Assembly (NCBI GenBank): GCA_963728915.1
Contig: CAVSLV010000004.1
Span: 192,001 to 256,000 of the forward strand
From: an uncultured Gemmatimonadales bacterium
GTDB taxonomy: Bacteria; Gemmatimonadota; Gemmatimonadetes; Gemmatimonadales; GWC2-71-9
Direction of reading: 5' to 3'
Length of the DNA: 64,000 nucleotides
The notes beneath the pieces are model-generated. The model searched no databases. It saw only the letters and a program-made list of their open reading frames with translations, and was not told the origin of the DNA. Numbering within the stretch: the stretch's first letter is position 1; each line of letters starts with the position of its first letter. A program made the position numbers and the translations under genes. Positions 48,813 to 60,090 of the stretch are shown piece after piece.

Positions 48813-49264
48813 GTCGGGAGCCGTTTCTCCAGGAGATACCAGGTCCGGCCGCCGATGTACCCCTCGCGGCGGAGCGCCCGGTACCAACCCAGGGCCTGGA
48901 GCAGACCTTCTTCGTGCTCGTGATCGGTCCACAGCTCGAGAAGCTGGGCCCCCTGCTCGCGGGCTCGCTCCTCGAACGCGGCGAGCAGACGATGGCCAAG
49001 ACCCTGGTGCCGTTCGCGAGGAATCACTGCGACTTCCAGCACTTCGGCCACGCCGCCGCGGAGCGACCACCGGAGGCCCCCGATCCAGTCGCCGATCTCA
49101 TCGGTCAGGACCAGGTGTTTTTCCTCGGGGAATTCGGGAATCGTTTCCTCGGATTCGGCAGGCTCGGACAACTCCCGGAGCCAGGCAGAGAACTCCTCTC
49201 CCTCCTCCATGTCGCGAATCTTGAGTTGGCGATCGTTCTGTACCATGCGCTCCGTGCCTGCCAT
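48809..49264 (-). CDS. GNAT-family acetyltransferase
   Basis: VAV.P.ERHQGLGHRLL motif A. Confidence 0.8.
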   Translation of the reverse strand: MAGTERMVQNDRQLKIRDMEEGEEFSAWLRELSEPAESEETIPEFPEEKHLVLTDEIGDWIGGLRWSLRGGVAEVLEVAVIPRERHQGLGHRLLAAFEERAREQGAQLLELWTDHEHEEGLLQALGWYRALRREGYIGGRTWYLLEKRLPT

Positions 49265-49306
49265 GTTGTCGTCTCCATCAACAAGCAGATGCATACAGCA
49301 TGCCTG

Positions 49307-49576
49307 CTATCTGGTACGACATGTACGCGATTCTGGTTTCGCCTTTCCACAGGCGATCGATTCGGTCATCCCCCGCGCAAGCGTCCCGCAGGCCGTGCTT
49401 TGCGCAGCCTCAGCGGCGGCCGATTCGTCGTTCGCGGTCGCCGTGGCGCAATTCCGGCCGGTCCCGAAACTGACACACACCGAACACTCGACCTTCTGGG
49501 CCGACAGCGTCGTCCAGAGCAGGAAGGCGACGAACCCGGCCAGGATCAGAATGAGGGCCACGCTTCCGCGTTTCAT
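49307..49576 (-). CDS. Small membrane-anchored Cys-rich protein
   Basis: N-terminal TM segment plus six Cys; start overlaps the upstream stop. Confidence 0.6.
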   Translation of the reverse strand: MKRGSVALILILAGFVAFLLWTTLSAQKVECSVCVSFGTGRNCATATANDESAAAEAAQSTACGTLARGMTESIACGKAKPESRTCRTR

Positions 49577-50289
49577 CTCTTCTGCATCATGGCGGGCAGC
49601 ACCACGGGCAGCGCACCGCCCAGCCAGACGATCGCGCCGGCCAGGGCCGCCTGCCCGGTTGAAACCTTCCCCATCTGCTTGATGCCGATGGCGATCAGAA
49701 TGGTGACCCAGAGCGTGAAGATGTCGACCCGGCCGAGGAAAGCCATCAGGACCGCTCCCGTCGTGCTCGGATCGAACAGCCGGCCCAGACCGAGGTTCAC
49801 GGCGAACCGTGAAGTCAGCTTCGACTCATCCAGGAGCAGCGCCTGCACCGCGTTGGTGATCAGCTCGATCAGCCGCGGGAAGAAGGCGAAGGTCGCGATG
49901 GTGACTCCCTGGATGTAGCTGATCCTGGCGCTGGCGATCCGTCCGGCGATCCAGACCAGGAGCCCGAGGAGAAAGGCCCCGATGGGAATGCCGATGATCA
50001 CCCCGAATGAGGCGAAGAAGCCCCCCACCCGCTTGGCGGTTTCGATCTGTTCCGGGGTCAGATTGGGATTCGACGCCATGCTGCGGGTGAACTCGGCCTC
50101 GAAAATCGGGGCCATCGCGCTCCTGGTGACGAAGTAGATCGCCGCCCATACGACGATCAGGACCAGGAGCGCCAGACCGAACTTCCCGTCGCTCCGCCGC
50201 TGGAACAGCTCGGCCGGGGCGATGTAAACGTCGATGAAGTCCTCCGCCTTGCCGGCGGGTTTTTCGGCTGGGGGTGCGGACTCGCTCAT
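49573..50289 (-). CDS. YIP1-family membrane protein
   Basis: V...P..LF pattern; five TM helices; D.FTLW...L..IG. Confidence 0.7.
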   Translation of the reverse strand: MSESAPPAEKPAGKAEDFIDVYIAPAELFQRRSDGKFGLALLVLIVVWAAIYFVTRSAMAPIFEAEFTRSMASNPNLTPEQIETAKRVGGFFASFGVIIGIPIGAFLLGLLVWIAGRIASARISYIQGVTIATFAFFPRLIELITNAVQALLLDESKLTSRFAVNLGLGRLFDPSTTGAVLMAFLGRVDIFTLWVTILIAIGIKQMGKVSTGQAALAGAIVWLGGALPVVLPAMMQKR

Positions 50290-50624
50290 CGATCGGCCTC
50301 GGTGGTTGAGGTGGAGTGTCTGCGCACCCAGTCCAGGTATCCGGGATCGCCGGTGCTGATCCGGGTGGCAATGATTTCCGGCTGCTGGTACGAATGCAAC
50401 GATCGAATCCGGCTCATGGCTGCATCGAGGGCCGGCTCGCTGGTCTTCGCGATGCACTGCCACTCATCGGCCCGCTCGATCACGCCTTGCCAGCGGTAGC
50501 GACTGGCGACGGGACCGACGATCTGGGTGCAGGCCGCCAGTCCTTCCTGAACCAAGGCCTCGGCGATCCGACTTGCCGCGGCTTCACTGTCGATTGTCGT
50601 CAGCACCTGATAGCAAGCAGTCAC
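50286..50624 (-). CDS. cutA: Divalent-cation tolerance protein CutA
   Basis: LAACTQI, SRYRWQG, HSYQQPEI, YLDWV. Confidence 0.9.
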   Translation of the reverse strand: MTACYQVLTTIDSEAAASRIAEALVQEGLAACTQIVGPVASRYRWQGVIERADEWQCIAKTSEPALDAAMSRIRSLHSYQQPEIIATRISTGDPGYLDWVRRHSTSTTEADR

Positions 50625-51028
50625 CGGCAGTCGGCCGGGGGCGGCAACAGGGTTCCGATGCCCGGGGTCTGGGATGGCTCGACTCCATCGGGAATCGGCA
50701 CCACGCCTGCTCGCCACCCGCTTCGGAATGTGACGGCCAGGCGATGCCCCTGGGGATCGGGATCTACCCGCGCGACCTCCGGCAGGCGAAGCGCGAAGCA
50801 GGTTGCGTGGGCGGTCTGCTGGGCCAGCTCGGGGGGGTCGTCACCCATGTACCACGCCGAAAGCGAGCGACCGATGGCGACCACCGAGGCCTGCTCTCTG
50901 CCGTAACGGGCGAACTGGGTCGCCGGGATCAGTCCAGCTTGATCGGCGACGGGATCGTAGTTGTCATAGGTGCGGCAGGCGGCCGGCAGCACGATCACCG
51001 CGAGGAAGGCGACACGGGATGGGCGCAT
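50621..51028 (-). CDS. Putative lipoprotein
   Basis: MRPSRVAFLAVIVLPAAC lipobox. Confidence 0.65.
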   Translation of the reverse strand: MRPSRVAFLAVIVLPAACRTYDNYDPVADQAGLIPATQFARYGREQASVVAIGRSLSAWYMGDDPPELAQQTAHATCFALRLPEVARVDPDPQGHRLAVTFRSGWRAGVVPIPDGVEPSQTPGIGTLLPPPADCR

Positions 51029-51064
51029 GAGGCTGGAATATATGGTCGGGCATATCTTGATGCG

Positions 51065-51958
51065 ATGCGCCGCTGGATCGTGGTCTGCTGGCTCGTGATG
51101 GCGGGTGCCGCCGGCTGTGGCGGCCGCTCCGCCAGACAACCGCCTCTGATCGTCTTCAACGCGGGAAGCCTCGCCGGGGGATTCCGGGAGCTCCTCGCGG
51201 CGTTCGCGAAGCAGCACCCTGGCGTCACTCCCCAGCAGGAAAGCTCCGGCAGCCTCGAAGCCGCCAGGAAGCTCACCGAGCTGGGGAAGATCCCCGATGT
51301 GCTCGCCGTGGCCGATTACAACGTGATCACCAAGCTTCTGATTCCCCGTTACGCCCGGGACTACGTCCCCTTCGCCACCAACGCCATGGTGCTGGCGTAC
51401 ACCGACCGATCGGCCTACGCCCCCGACATCACTCCGGTCAACTGGTGGCAGGTACTGCTGCGCCAGGGCGTGCGCTGGGGTCATTCCAATCCGGCGCTCG
51501 ACCCCAATGGCTATCGCGCCCTCATGGTATTTCAGCTCGCCGAGGCTTACTACCACGAGCCCGGTCTCGCGGCGCGGCTGGAGCGCGCCCTCGATGCGCG
51601 GAACGTCCGCGCCAGCGAGGCTCAGCTGGTGGGATTGCTCCAGGCGGGCGAGCTGGACTACGCCTGGTCCTACCGATCCCTGGCGGCGAGCGCCGGGCTC
51701 AAGTGGGTGCCTCTTCCTCCCGAAGTGGACCTCAGCGATCCGGCGCAAGCGACACGCTATGCGCTGGCCCAGGTGCGATTGCCCGGTCCCCGGCTTGCCG
51801 GCGACTCGGTGGAGTTCCGGGGTGAGCCGATCGTATACGCCCTCACGGTGCCTCTCGAGGCACCGCATCCGGCGTTGGCGCGGGCCTTCGTGGAGTTCGT
51901 TCGATCCCCCGACGGGCAGCGCATCCTGGATCAGGCAGGGTTCCAGGTGATCCCTTAG
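51065..51958 (+). CDS. Tungstate/molybdate ABC substrate-binding lipoprotein (WtpA-like)
   Basis: AAGC lipobox; FNAGSL, SGS.EAARK, SNPALDPNGYR, PIVYALTVP. Confidence 0.82.
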   Translation: MRRWIVVCWLVMAGAAGCGGRSARQPPLIVFNAGSLAGGFRELLAAFAKQHPGVTPQQESSGSLEAARKLTELGKIPDVLAVADYNVITKLLIPRYARDYVPFATNAMVLAYTDRSAYAPDITPVNWWQVLLRQGVRWGHSNPALDPNGYRALMVFQLAEAYYHEPGLAARLERALDARNVRASEAQLVGLLQAGELDYAWSYRSLAASAGLKWVPLPPEVDLSDPAQATRYALAQVRLPGPRLAGDSVEFRGEPIVYALTVPLEAPHPALARAFVEFVRSPDGQRILDQAGFQVIP

Positions 51959-51980
51959 TTTCCCCCGACCATCTCGACCC

Positions 51981-53621
51981 ATGGAGTCTGCGATGAGCGG
52001 CGTGGCGAACATTCCCCTTCCCCGAAACGAGCCGGTGCTGACCTATGCGCCGGGATCACCCGAACGCGCCGCGGTGAAGGCCGAGCTCAAACGCCTGGCA
52101 GGTGAGGTCACCGACATCCCGGTCATCGTGGACGGGAAGGAGATCCGCACCGGCCGCACCGTCAAGGTCGTGGAACCCCACAAGCATCGACACCAGATCG
52201 CAGAGACCCACCAGGCCGACGCCAGGGCGCTGAACGCGGCGGTGGCCGCGGCGCGGCGCGCCCAGCGGGAATGGTCGAGCTGGAGATTCGAAGACCGGGC
52301 CGCGGTGCTGCTCAAAGCCGCCGAGCTGCTGGCGGGCCCCTGGCGGCAGACCCTCAACGCCGCGACGATGCTGGGCCAGAGCAAGACGATCTTCCAGGCC
52401 GAAATCGACAGCGCCTGCGAGATCATCGATTTCTTCCGGTTCAACGTCCATTACGCCGAGCGGATGCTCGCGGAACAGCCGATGTCCTCGCCCGGGGTGT
52501 GGAACCGGATGGACTACCGGCCGCTCGAAGGCTTCGTCTACGCGATCACTCCGTTCAACTTCACGGCCATCGGGGCCAACCTTCCGACCGCGCCGGCATT
52601 GATGGGGAACACGGTGGTCTGGAAGCCGGCGGCCACCGCCTCGTTGAGCAACTACTTCGTGATGCGGCTGCTCGAAGAGGCCGGGATGCCGCCCGGGGTG
52701 ATCAACTTCGTTCCGGGCGATTCCCAGCAGATCTCGGCGCGGCTCCTGGGCGACCGTCATCTCGGCGGGATTCACTTCACCGGGTCGACCGCGGTGTTCC
52801 AGTCGCTCTGGCAGCAGGTGGCGGAGCGGCTACCCGAGTATGCGAGCTACCCGCGCATCGTGGGAGAAACCGGGGGCAAGGATTTCATCCTGGCGCACCC
52901 GAGCGCCGACCCGATCGCCCTCGCGGTCGCGATGGTCCGGGGCGCCTACGAGTACCAGGGCCAGAAATGCAGCGCCGCCTCGCGCACCTACGTGCCCCAG
53001 AGCCTCTGGCCCGAGGTGAAGCGCCGGGCGGTAGAGATGATCGGCGAGCTTCGGATGGGCGACGTCGCCGATTTCCGGAATTTCCTGGGCGCGGTGATCG
53101 ACGCCAAGTCCTTCGCAAAGCTGAAAGGCTATCTCGACCGGGCGAAGAAGGAGCGGGGCTCCACGATTCTCGCGGGCGGTGGCGCGGACGACAAGAAGGG
53201 CTGGTTCGTCGAGCCCACCCTGGTCCAGGTGAAGGATCCCGGACACCGGCTCATGTGTGAGGAGCTGTTCGGGCCGGTGCTCAGCGTGTACGTCTACCCC
53301 GATCGCGAGTGGCGAAGAATGCTGGGGGTGGTGAACTCCACCAGCCCCTACGCCCTCACCGGCTCGGTATTCTCGCAGGATCGCGCCGCCGTGATCGAAG
53401 CCAGCCAGGCGTTGCGCCAGGCCGCGGGCAATTTCTACATCAATGACAAGCCGACCGGCGCGGTGGTAGGCCAGCAACCGTTCGGTGGCTCGCGGGCGAG
53501 CGGGACGAACGACAAAGCCGGCTCGATCCTGAACCTGATGCGCTGGGTATCACCCCGGTCGATCAAGGAAACGCTGGTGCCTCCGCACGATCACCGGTAT
53601 CCGTTTCTGGACGCAGAGTGA
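51981..53621 (+). CDS. pruA: 1-pyrroline-5-carboxylate dehydrogenase
   Basis: TPFNFTAI, FTGST, GETGGK, EYQGQKCSA, QQPFGGSRASGTNDK. Confidence 0.93.
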   Translation: MESAMSGVANIPLPRNEPVLTYAPGSPERAAVKAELKRLAGEVTDIPVIVDGKEIRTGRTVKVVEPHKHRHQIAETHQADARALNAAVAAARRAQREWSSWRFEDRAAVLLKAAELLAGPWRQTLNAATMLGQSKTIFQAEIDSACEIIDFFRFNVHYAERMLAEQPMSSPGVWNRMDYRPLEGFVYAITPFNFTAIGANLPTAPALMGNTVVWKPAATASLSNYFVMRLLEEAGMPPGVINFVPGDSQQISARLLGDRHLGGIHFTGSTAVFQSLWQQVAERLPEYASYPRIVGETGGKDFILAHPSADPIALAVAMVRGAYEYQGQKCSAASRTYVPQSLWPEVKRRAVEMIGELRMGDVADFRNFLGAVIDAKSFAKLKGYLDRAKKERGSTILAGGGADDKKGWFVEPTLVQVKDPGHRLMCEELFGPVLSVYVYPDREWRRMLGVVNSTSPYALTGSVFSQDRAAVIEASQALRQAAGNFYINDKPTGAVVGQQPFGGSRASGTNDKAGSILNLMRWVSPRSIKETLVPPHDHRYPFLDAE

Positions 53622-53743
53622 GGTCGTGGCGCCGAATCCGGGTGTCAAAATCCTGGGCTCGGGCCCTCGACACCGCCTCAACCATCTTGCGTCAAGCTAT
53701 GCCGCTTCATATGTTTGCGTAACGCCCACCGGAGAACTCGCGG

Positions 53744-54853
53744 ATGTCGGAAGCCTTTCGGTCCTCCGACGAATTCGATGAACAAGCCCACCAACTCTAC
53801 AATCAAGGCCGCTACGACGAGGCGCTCGACACGCTGCGGGACGGTCTCGCGCTCTACCCTAACGCGGTAGAGCTCTGGACCGGCACCGGCTACGCCCATC
53901 TGGCCCGGGAAGAGTTCGCCTGGTCGCGCCGCGCGTTCGAGCAGGCCCTCAGCATCGATCCGGATCAGGAAGATGCGCTCGCGGGCATGGGAGAGGTGCT
54001 GCTTCCGCTGGGAGACCGCCGCGGCGCGCTGGAGCGCTTCGAGCGGCTGCTCCAGCTTGGCTTCCAGGAAGACCACGAGCTGATGCTCCAGGCCGGCCGG
54101 GCGCTGTTTCGCCATGCGGTGCTGCCGCCCGCGCATCGCTTTCTGGAGCTGGCGCAGGCCACTCAGCCTGAGTGCGTCGATGCGCTGGCCTGTCTGGGCT
54201 ACGTGACCCACCGCCTGGGGCGGGACGGCGCCGCGTTCTACTGGCTCAAGCGGGCCCTGGGGGTCGATCCCCACTACGCCGAGGCCCGGGTCTATCTCGC
54301 AAACATGCTGTACGACCGGGGCGAGAGCAGCGCGGCGCTGACCCACTTCGAGAAGACCCGGCCCGACGATCACTTCGACGAGCTGGGACTGTGGCGGACG
54401 GTGGAGCTCAAGCGAACGCTGTACCGTCTGGCTGACGATGATCCCGAATTGGTCCCCTGGCTCAATCGGCTGGGCGAGCTGGCCCCCGACCCCGATCCCA
54501 CCGAGGATCTGCTCGCGGAAATCGAAGCCCAGCAGCCCGACGGGACCATTCGCGATCGCAACCAGCTCGAGCTGTTCGGCGCCCTGGTGGCGGAGGTCCC
54601 CGGGATGCGGCGTCGCAACGATGCCCACCAGGTTTCGACGCTCAGCGGAAGCGTGTTACGAGGCACCTGGGACGAAATCCTGCTCCAGCTCAAGGTCGCA
54701 GATTCCAGTTCCGCGTCGGTGTCGCTCTCCGAGTTCATGGCGGGCCTGGCGCGCCGGGGTCGCGAGGAGACTGGCGTCATCATTCCCCTGACCGATGCGG
54801 AGGCCTTCATCCGGGGAAGCGCCGAGGCGGGAGTGTTGCGGATTCTTTCGTGA
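53744..54853 (+). CDS. TPR-repeat protein
   Basis: Multiple TPR motifs (YNQGRYDEAL, AL.IDP). Confidence 0.78.
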   Translation: MSEAFRSSDEFDEQAHQLYNQGRYDEALDTLRDGLALYPNAVELWTGTGYAHLAREEFAWSRRAFEQALSIDPDQEDALAGMGEVLLPLGDRRGALERFERLLQLGFQEDHELMLQAGRALFRHAVLPPAHRFLELAQATQPECVDALACLGYVTHRLGRDGAAFYWLKRALGVDPHYAEARVYLANMLYDRGESSAALTHFEKTRPDDHFDELGLWRTVELKRTLYRLADDDPELVPWLNRLGELAPDPDPTEDLLAEIEAQQPDGTIRDRNQLELFGALVAEVPGMRRRNDAHQVSTLSGSVLRGTWDEILLQLKVADSSSASVSLSEFMAGLARRGREETGVIIPLTDAEAFIRGSAEAGVLRILS

Positions 54854-55765
54854 TCGCGCTCGAGCGCGTTTCGAAAACCTTTCGCTCCCTGACCGGCCGC
54901 CGCGAGGTGACCGCGCTCAGGGAGTTCTCGCTGGAGATCGGCCCGGGTGAGGTCGTCGGCATCGCGGGACCCAACGGCGCCGGGAAGTCCACCCTGCTTT
55001 CTCTGATCCTCGGTTTCCTGCATCCGAGCCAGGGCCGGGTCACCGTGGCCGGTCAATCGCCCCGGCATTTTGTCGAACGGTCGGGGATCGGGTATCTGCC
55101 GGAGGTCTTCACCCTTCCCCCGCGCTGGGGCGTGGTCGAGGCGCTGCGGCGCTTCGGCATCCTCGGTGCGCTGGGCGAGCAGGCGCGCCCACGGATCGAA
55201 GAGGTCATCGCGCTCACCGGGTTAGGCGAGCACCGCCGGAAGCAGGTGCGCCAGCTGTCCAAGGGAACGCTGCAACGGCTGGGGCTCGCCCAGGCCCTGC
55301 TGGCGCCGCGCTCCCTGGTGGTGCTCGATGAGCCGACCCACGGCCTCGACCCGGTCTGGACCCAGCGATTCCGCGATATCGTGCGGGAAGCCAGGAGTCC
55401 GGAGCGCACCATCCTGATCGCCTCCCACAATCTCGACGAGCTGGAGCGGGTATCCGATCGGGTGGCCATCATCCACCAGGGACAGCTTCAGCGCCTGGTG
55501 CGGTCGGGCGAGGGGGGCCTCGAAACGACCAGCGCCACGACGTTCCGCCTGGCGCTGGCGTCGCCGTCTCCGGCCTCGAGCGTCTGTTCCCCGGAATCGA
55601 GGCGATGCCGGGGCGCCCGCTCGAGTACCGGGTTCGGGGAGATCTCGCGACGCTGAACGCGGGGCTTGCGGCGCTCCTCTCCCAGGGTGGTCGCCTGGCC
55701 TCGTTCATTCCGGAGGAGAGCGGGCTGGAGCGGGAGTTTCGCGCCGCGGTCGGAGGGCTCCGTGA
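54850..55765 (+). CDS. ABC transporter ATP-binding protein (apparent frameshifts near 55572 and 55756)
   Basis: GPNGAGKST, LSKG, LDEPT, SHNL; the C-terminal tail (…EESGLEREF) continues in another frame. Confidence 0.8.
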
Positions 55766-56485
55766 AGGGTCGCTTCCGCTACGCCTGGTGGTCGCTTCGC
55801 GATGCCGCCCTCCGTCCCGGCATTGCCGCGCTGGTGTGCGCCGCCCTGGCCACCTTCCTCGCGACCCGAATGCCGGGCGCCATGGTGAGTCGCGAAACGA
55901 GCCAGCAGCTGATGGTCCGGTTCGTGAGTCAATTCGACTGGCTGGTGATTCTGATCGCCACGTCGGGCATGGTGGCGTGGGACCGCTCCAGCGGCTACTA
56001 CCGGACCTTGTTCAGCTACCCGGTCAACCCGGCGCTCTACTACTTTCAGCGCTGGGTCTTCGCCGGGACTCGCGGCGCTGCTGCTGGTTCCGTTCGCGGG
56101 GATCGGTTTCCTCCTGGTATCGGGCAGTTTTCCCTATTCGGGGCCTCTGTTGGTGCGCGTGGTGATCAAGTTTCTCCTCCTGGGCGGTCTCACCTTCGGG
56201 TTTTCGACCGTGATTCGTGCGGATTGGGCGATTGCCTTTGTGCTCTCCATGGTGCAGACAATTCTCCACGGGCTTGGCACCGCGGGAATGCCCCTGGGCG
56301 GGTTCTCCAGGTTGCTGCTCCGCCTCCTGCCGCCGTTTCACGTGGGCTCCTTCGCGGTGACCTCCTCGCCGGGCTATCCCACCACCTCCGAGCTGTTGTA
56401 TGCCGGTCTCTATGGGGCCGGGATTCTCGCGGTGACGCTCCTGGTCCTCAGGTACCGTCCACTCGGGAGCGGCGGGCGAGCCTGA
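55762..56485 (+). CDS. ABC-2-type permease (apparent frameshift near 56066)
   Basis: DRSSGYYRTLFSYPV; the hydrophobic GLAALLLVPF… continuation is in the +1 frame, joining ORF 56150-56485. Confidence 0.7.
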
Positions 56486-59119
56486 TGGCGGGCTGGACCG
56501 CGGACGTTCGGCGCGAGGTCCTGCCGAACGGACTCACGCTGCTGGCCCAGCGGATCCCCGGCGCGCCGGCGGTCGCGGTGGTGAGCTCGATCCGCGCCGG
56601 GTTCTTCGACGAACCGGACCGGCTCGCCGGCGTGAGCCACGTGCTGGAGCACATGCTGTTCAAGGGCACGCCCACCCGGGGAGTGGGCGACATTCCGCGG
56701 GAGACCAGGGCGGCGGGCGGCTCGCTCAACGCCGGCACCGGCTACGATCACACTTCCTACATCACGGTGCTGCCTCCGGCGGCGCTTCGAGTGGGGCTCG
56801 AGCTCCAGAGCGATGCGCTCCGGCGGAGTCTTCTCGACGCGGAAGAGCTGCGCCGCGAGCTGATCGTCATCATCGAGGAGGCCAAGCGCAAACTGGATTC
56901 CCCGGCGGCGGTCGACGGGGGAAACTCTCCATCAACTGCTCTTCGACCGGCATCGGATCCGGCGATGGAGGATCGGCACCGAGGAGCAGCTCCGCGGGGT
57001 CACCCGCGATGACGTCGCCGAGTTCTGGCGATCATACTATGTGCCGGTGGACACGGTGGTGGCGCTGGCAGGCGAGCTTCTGCCGGAGGAAGCCTGTGCC
57101 CTGGCGCGCGAGTACTTCGGCGACTGGGAGGCGGCGCCGGCAAGGCGGGATCCTTCTCCTTCGGAGCCGGAGAGGTCCGGCATCCGCACCCGCACGCTCC
57201 GGGGCGACGTCACCGCCGCCGATCTGGCGCTGGGCTGGCGCACCGTGGGGCGATTGCATCCCGACGCGCTTCCCCTGGATCTCGCCGCGATGGTGCTGAG
57301 CAGCGGGCGATCGAGCTGGCTCTATCGGGGAGTCCGGGTCCCCGGCGCGATGACCAGCGTGGGCGCGTCGCACTTCACCCCGCGTGAGGTCGGGGTGTTC
57401 TCGATCGGCGGAGAGCTGGATCCCGACCGGCTCCCCGAGGCGCTCCGATGCATCGGGGCGGAGCTGCGCCGGCTTCGGGAAGCGGGACCCGACCCGACGG
57501 ATCTCGAGAGGATCCGGACTCTGCTCCAGGCGGGGTGGGCGCGCCGTCTCGAGTCCGCCGAGGGTCGGGCGACGGCGCTGGCTTCCGCGGAGCTGGACGG
57601 AGACTACCGGTTGCTGGATCGGGAGTATGCCCGTCTGCAGGTCATTTCCGCCGAGGAGATCGGCCAGGTCGCCGGAGAATGGCTTGGCCCGGAACGGATC
57701 TCCGGGGTGGTCTATCTCCCCGAGGGAAGGGGCGAGGACCTCGAGGCCGACATGCTGCGGGAGGTGGTCACCTCGGTCCCCTCCCGGGTGGCTCCCCGCG
57801 CGGCTCCCCGCGAGCGACCCGACGAGCTGCGCCGCATCGCGCTTCCCGGCATCACCCTGCTGCTGCAGCGCCGGCCGGGGGTGCCGCTGGTGTCGCTCGG
57901 TCTCTACCAGCGGCGACACCGGACCGAGACGCTCGCCGATGCCGGGCTCGCGGCCCTGGCGGTGCGGGCGGCGGTCCGGGGCGCCGGGGATCTCGATGCG
58001 GGGGCGCTGGCCCTCGGGTTCGAGCGTCTGGGCGGCGTGTTAGGGCCGGTCGTGGCCAGCGAATGGTTCGGCTTCGCGACGTCGGTCCTCAGCGTGCACG
58101 CCGAAGCCGGGGCCGGGCTGCTCGACCTGGTCTTCCGGCAGCCGGGCTTCGCCGCCGAGGAAATTGCCCGGGAGCGGAAGACCCTTCTGGACAGCGTGAT
58201 CCAGGAGGCCGACGACATGAGCCGCTATCCGGTGGAGCTGGCGTTCCGGGCGCGGTTCGGGCCGGCGGGTTATGGTCTGCCGGTGAGCGGGATCCCCGCT
58301 TCGGTGGAGGGGCTCACCAGCGCGATGGTGGGGCAGTGGCATCGCGACGCGCTGGCGGCCCCGGACCGGCAACCGGTGCTCGTCGCGGCTGGAGACCTCG
58401 ATGTTGACCATTTCGGCGAGCGGCTGGCCCTTCGCTTTCGCGACTATCCGGCGCGACGGGAGGATTGGGCGGTCCTGACTCGCGATCCCCCGGCTCCGGC
58501 CTGCCGGGTCCTGGCGGAAGAACGGGCCAAGCGTCAGACCGCGCTCGCCATGCTGTTTCCCGGGCCGGCCCGTGGCGCGCCCGACCGCCACGCAGCGGAG
58601 GTATGGTCGGCCCTTGCGGGAGGCCTGGGGGGCCGGCTGTTCGTTGCGCTCCGGGACCGGCTTTCCCTCGCGTACGTGGTGCGGGCGTCGGTCTGGCAGC
58701 GAGGCGGCGCGGGCGCAATGCTCGGATACCTGGCCACCTCGCCCGAGCGGGAAGAGGAGGCGCGCGCCGCGCTGTGGCGGGAGCTGCGCCGGTTTGCCGA
58801 CGAAGCGACCCCGGCGGAGGAGCTGGATCGGGCGATTCGATTCCTCTCCGGACAGATCCTGATCGGGCGACAGACGGTTGGGGCGGTGGCCGGAGAAATC
58901 GCCGAGGCATGGCTGTCCCTTGGCGAAGAAGGACTCCGCGAGCTTGACCACCCGACGGCCGGTATCCGCGCCGTGACGGCCGACGCAGTCCAGGCCGTCG
59001 CGGCCGCCGCTTTCGACCAGGAGCGGTCGGTCCTGGGTATCGTCCGGGGAGCGGTGGAGCCCGCTATGTTTCGGTCCGACCCGCAGGATCTCGCTGATCG
59101 ATTCCATGCAACCGGCTGA
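56485..59119 (+). CDS. M16 (pitrilysin-family) zinc peptidase (apparent frameshift near 56915)
   Basis: LPNGLT, SHVLEHMLFKGT (HxxEH); joins ORF 57041-59119 containing RLF..LRDRLSLAY. Confidence 0.82.
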
Positions 59120-59657
59120 AGATCGTGTCGCCAAGGTGACTCCGGGACTCCGGTGGTCTCCCGCGGATGCGTTCACCGCGGTCAGAATCCCCCTCGCGGC
59201 CGCCTTCGTGGTGGTGCCGGATGCGGCCTGGCGAATCGGCATTCTCGCCGCCGCGGCCGGGAGCGATTTTGCCGATGGTTTCGTGGCCCGTCGGTGGGGA
59301 AGCTCCCGGCTCGGGGTATTCCTCGATCCGGTCGCCGACAAGCTGTTCATGATCGCCGCCTTCGCGGTGGTGTTGCAGGCCGGTGCGCTCTCGGTCCTCG
59401 AGATCCTGGGCGTCCTGGCGCGGGACATCGCGGCGGCGGTGGCGTTCCTCGCGACCATCTTCCTGCGCAGGCCTTCGCTGATTCCCGCCAGACTGGGTGG
59501 GAAGGCGGTCACGGTGGGTCAGCTACTCATCCTGTTCGCGTTCCTCCTCGGCTCACCGCTGCTCCGTCCGATCGCCTGGGGGACCGCGGCGATCGCGCTC
59601 TATGCCATCTGGGATTACAGCCGGGCCGCGGCGGGCGCGCAACGAGTTGGACGGTAG
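59106..59657 (+). CDS. CDP-alcohol phosphatidyltransferase
   Basis: SDFADGFVARRWGSSRLGVFLDPVADK signature. Confidence 0.9.
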   Translation: MQPAEDRVAKVTPGLRWSPADAFTAVRIPLAAAFVVVPDAAWRIGILAAAAGSDFADGFVARRWGSSRLGVFLDPVADKLFMIAAFAVVLQAGALSVLEILGVLARDIAAAVAFLATIFLRRPSLIPARLGGKAVTVGQLLILFAFLLGSPLLRPIAWGTAAIALYAIWDYSRAAAGAQRVGR

Positions 59658-59673
59658 GAGAAAGGAGCGGGCC

Positions 59674-60090
59674 ATGACCGACAAGAACATCCGGAATGCG
59701 GTGGTGGAATGGGAAGGCGGGCTGACTTTTCGGGGCGGTGCTCCGGGCGGCCCGGAGATTCGACTCGATGCCGAACACGGCGCGCAGGGCCCCGGGCCGA
59801 TGGTGGCCCTGCTGGTGGCCTGTGCGGGGTGCGCCGGCTCGGATGTCGTGGGGATTCTTCAGAAGATGCAGGTGCAGCTCCAGCAGTTCGTCATCCGGAT
59901 CACCGGGCGCCGCGCTCCGGATCATCCCCGGCGATACCTGACCATGCACTTCGTCTACCAGCTCCGGGGCAACGGCCTCGATGAAGCCAAAGCGCGGCGC
60001 GCGGTGGACCTCTCACATCAGAAGTACTGTTCGGTCATCCAGTCGCTCAATACGGACATCGCGATCAGCTACGAGCTCGACCTCGGGTGA
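59674..60090 (+). CDS. OsmC-family protein
   Basis: GPM..LL..CAGC..DV, KYCSV. Confidence 0.88.
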   Translation: MTDKNIRNAVVEWEGGLTFRGGAPGGPEIRLDAEHGAQGPGPMVALLVACAGCAGSDVVGILQKMQVQLQQFVIRITGRRAPDHPRRYLTMHFVYQLRGNGLDEAKARRAVDLSHQKYCSVIQSLNTDIAISYELDLG

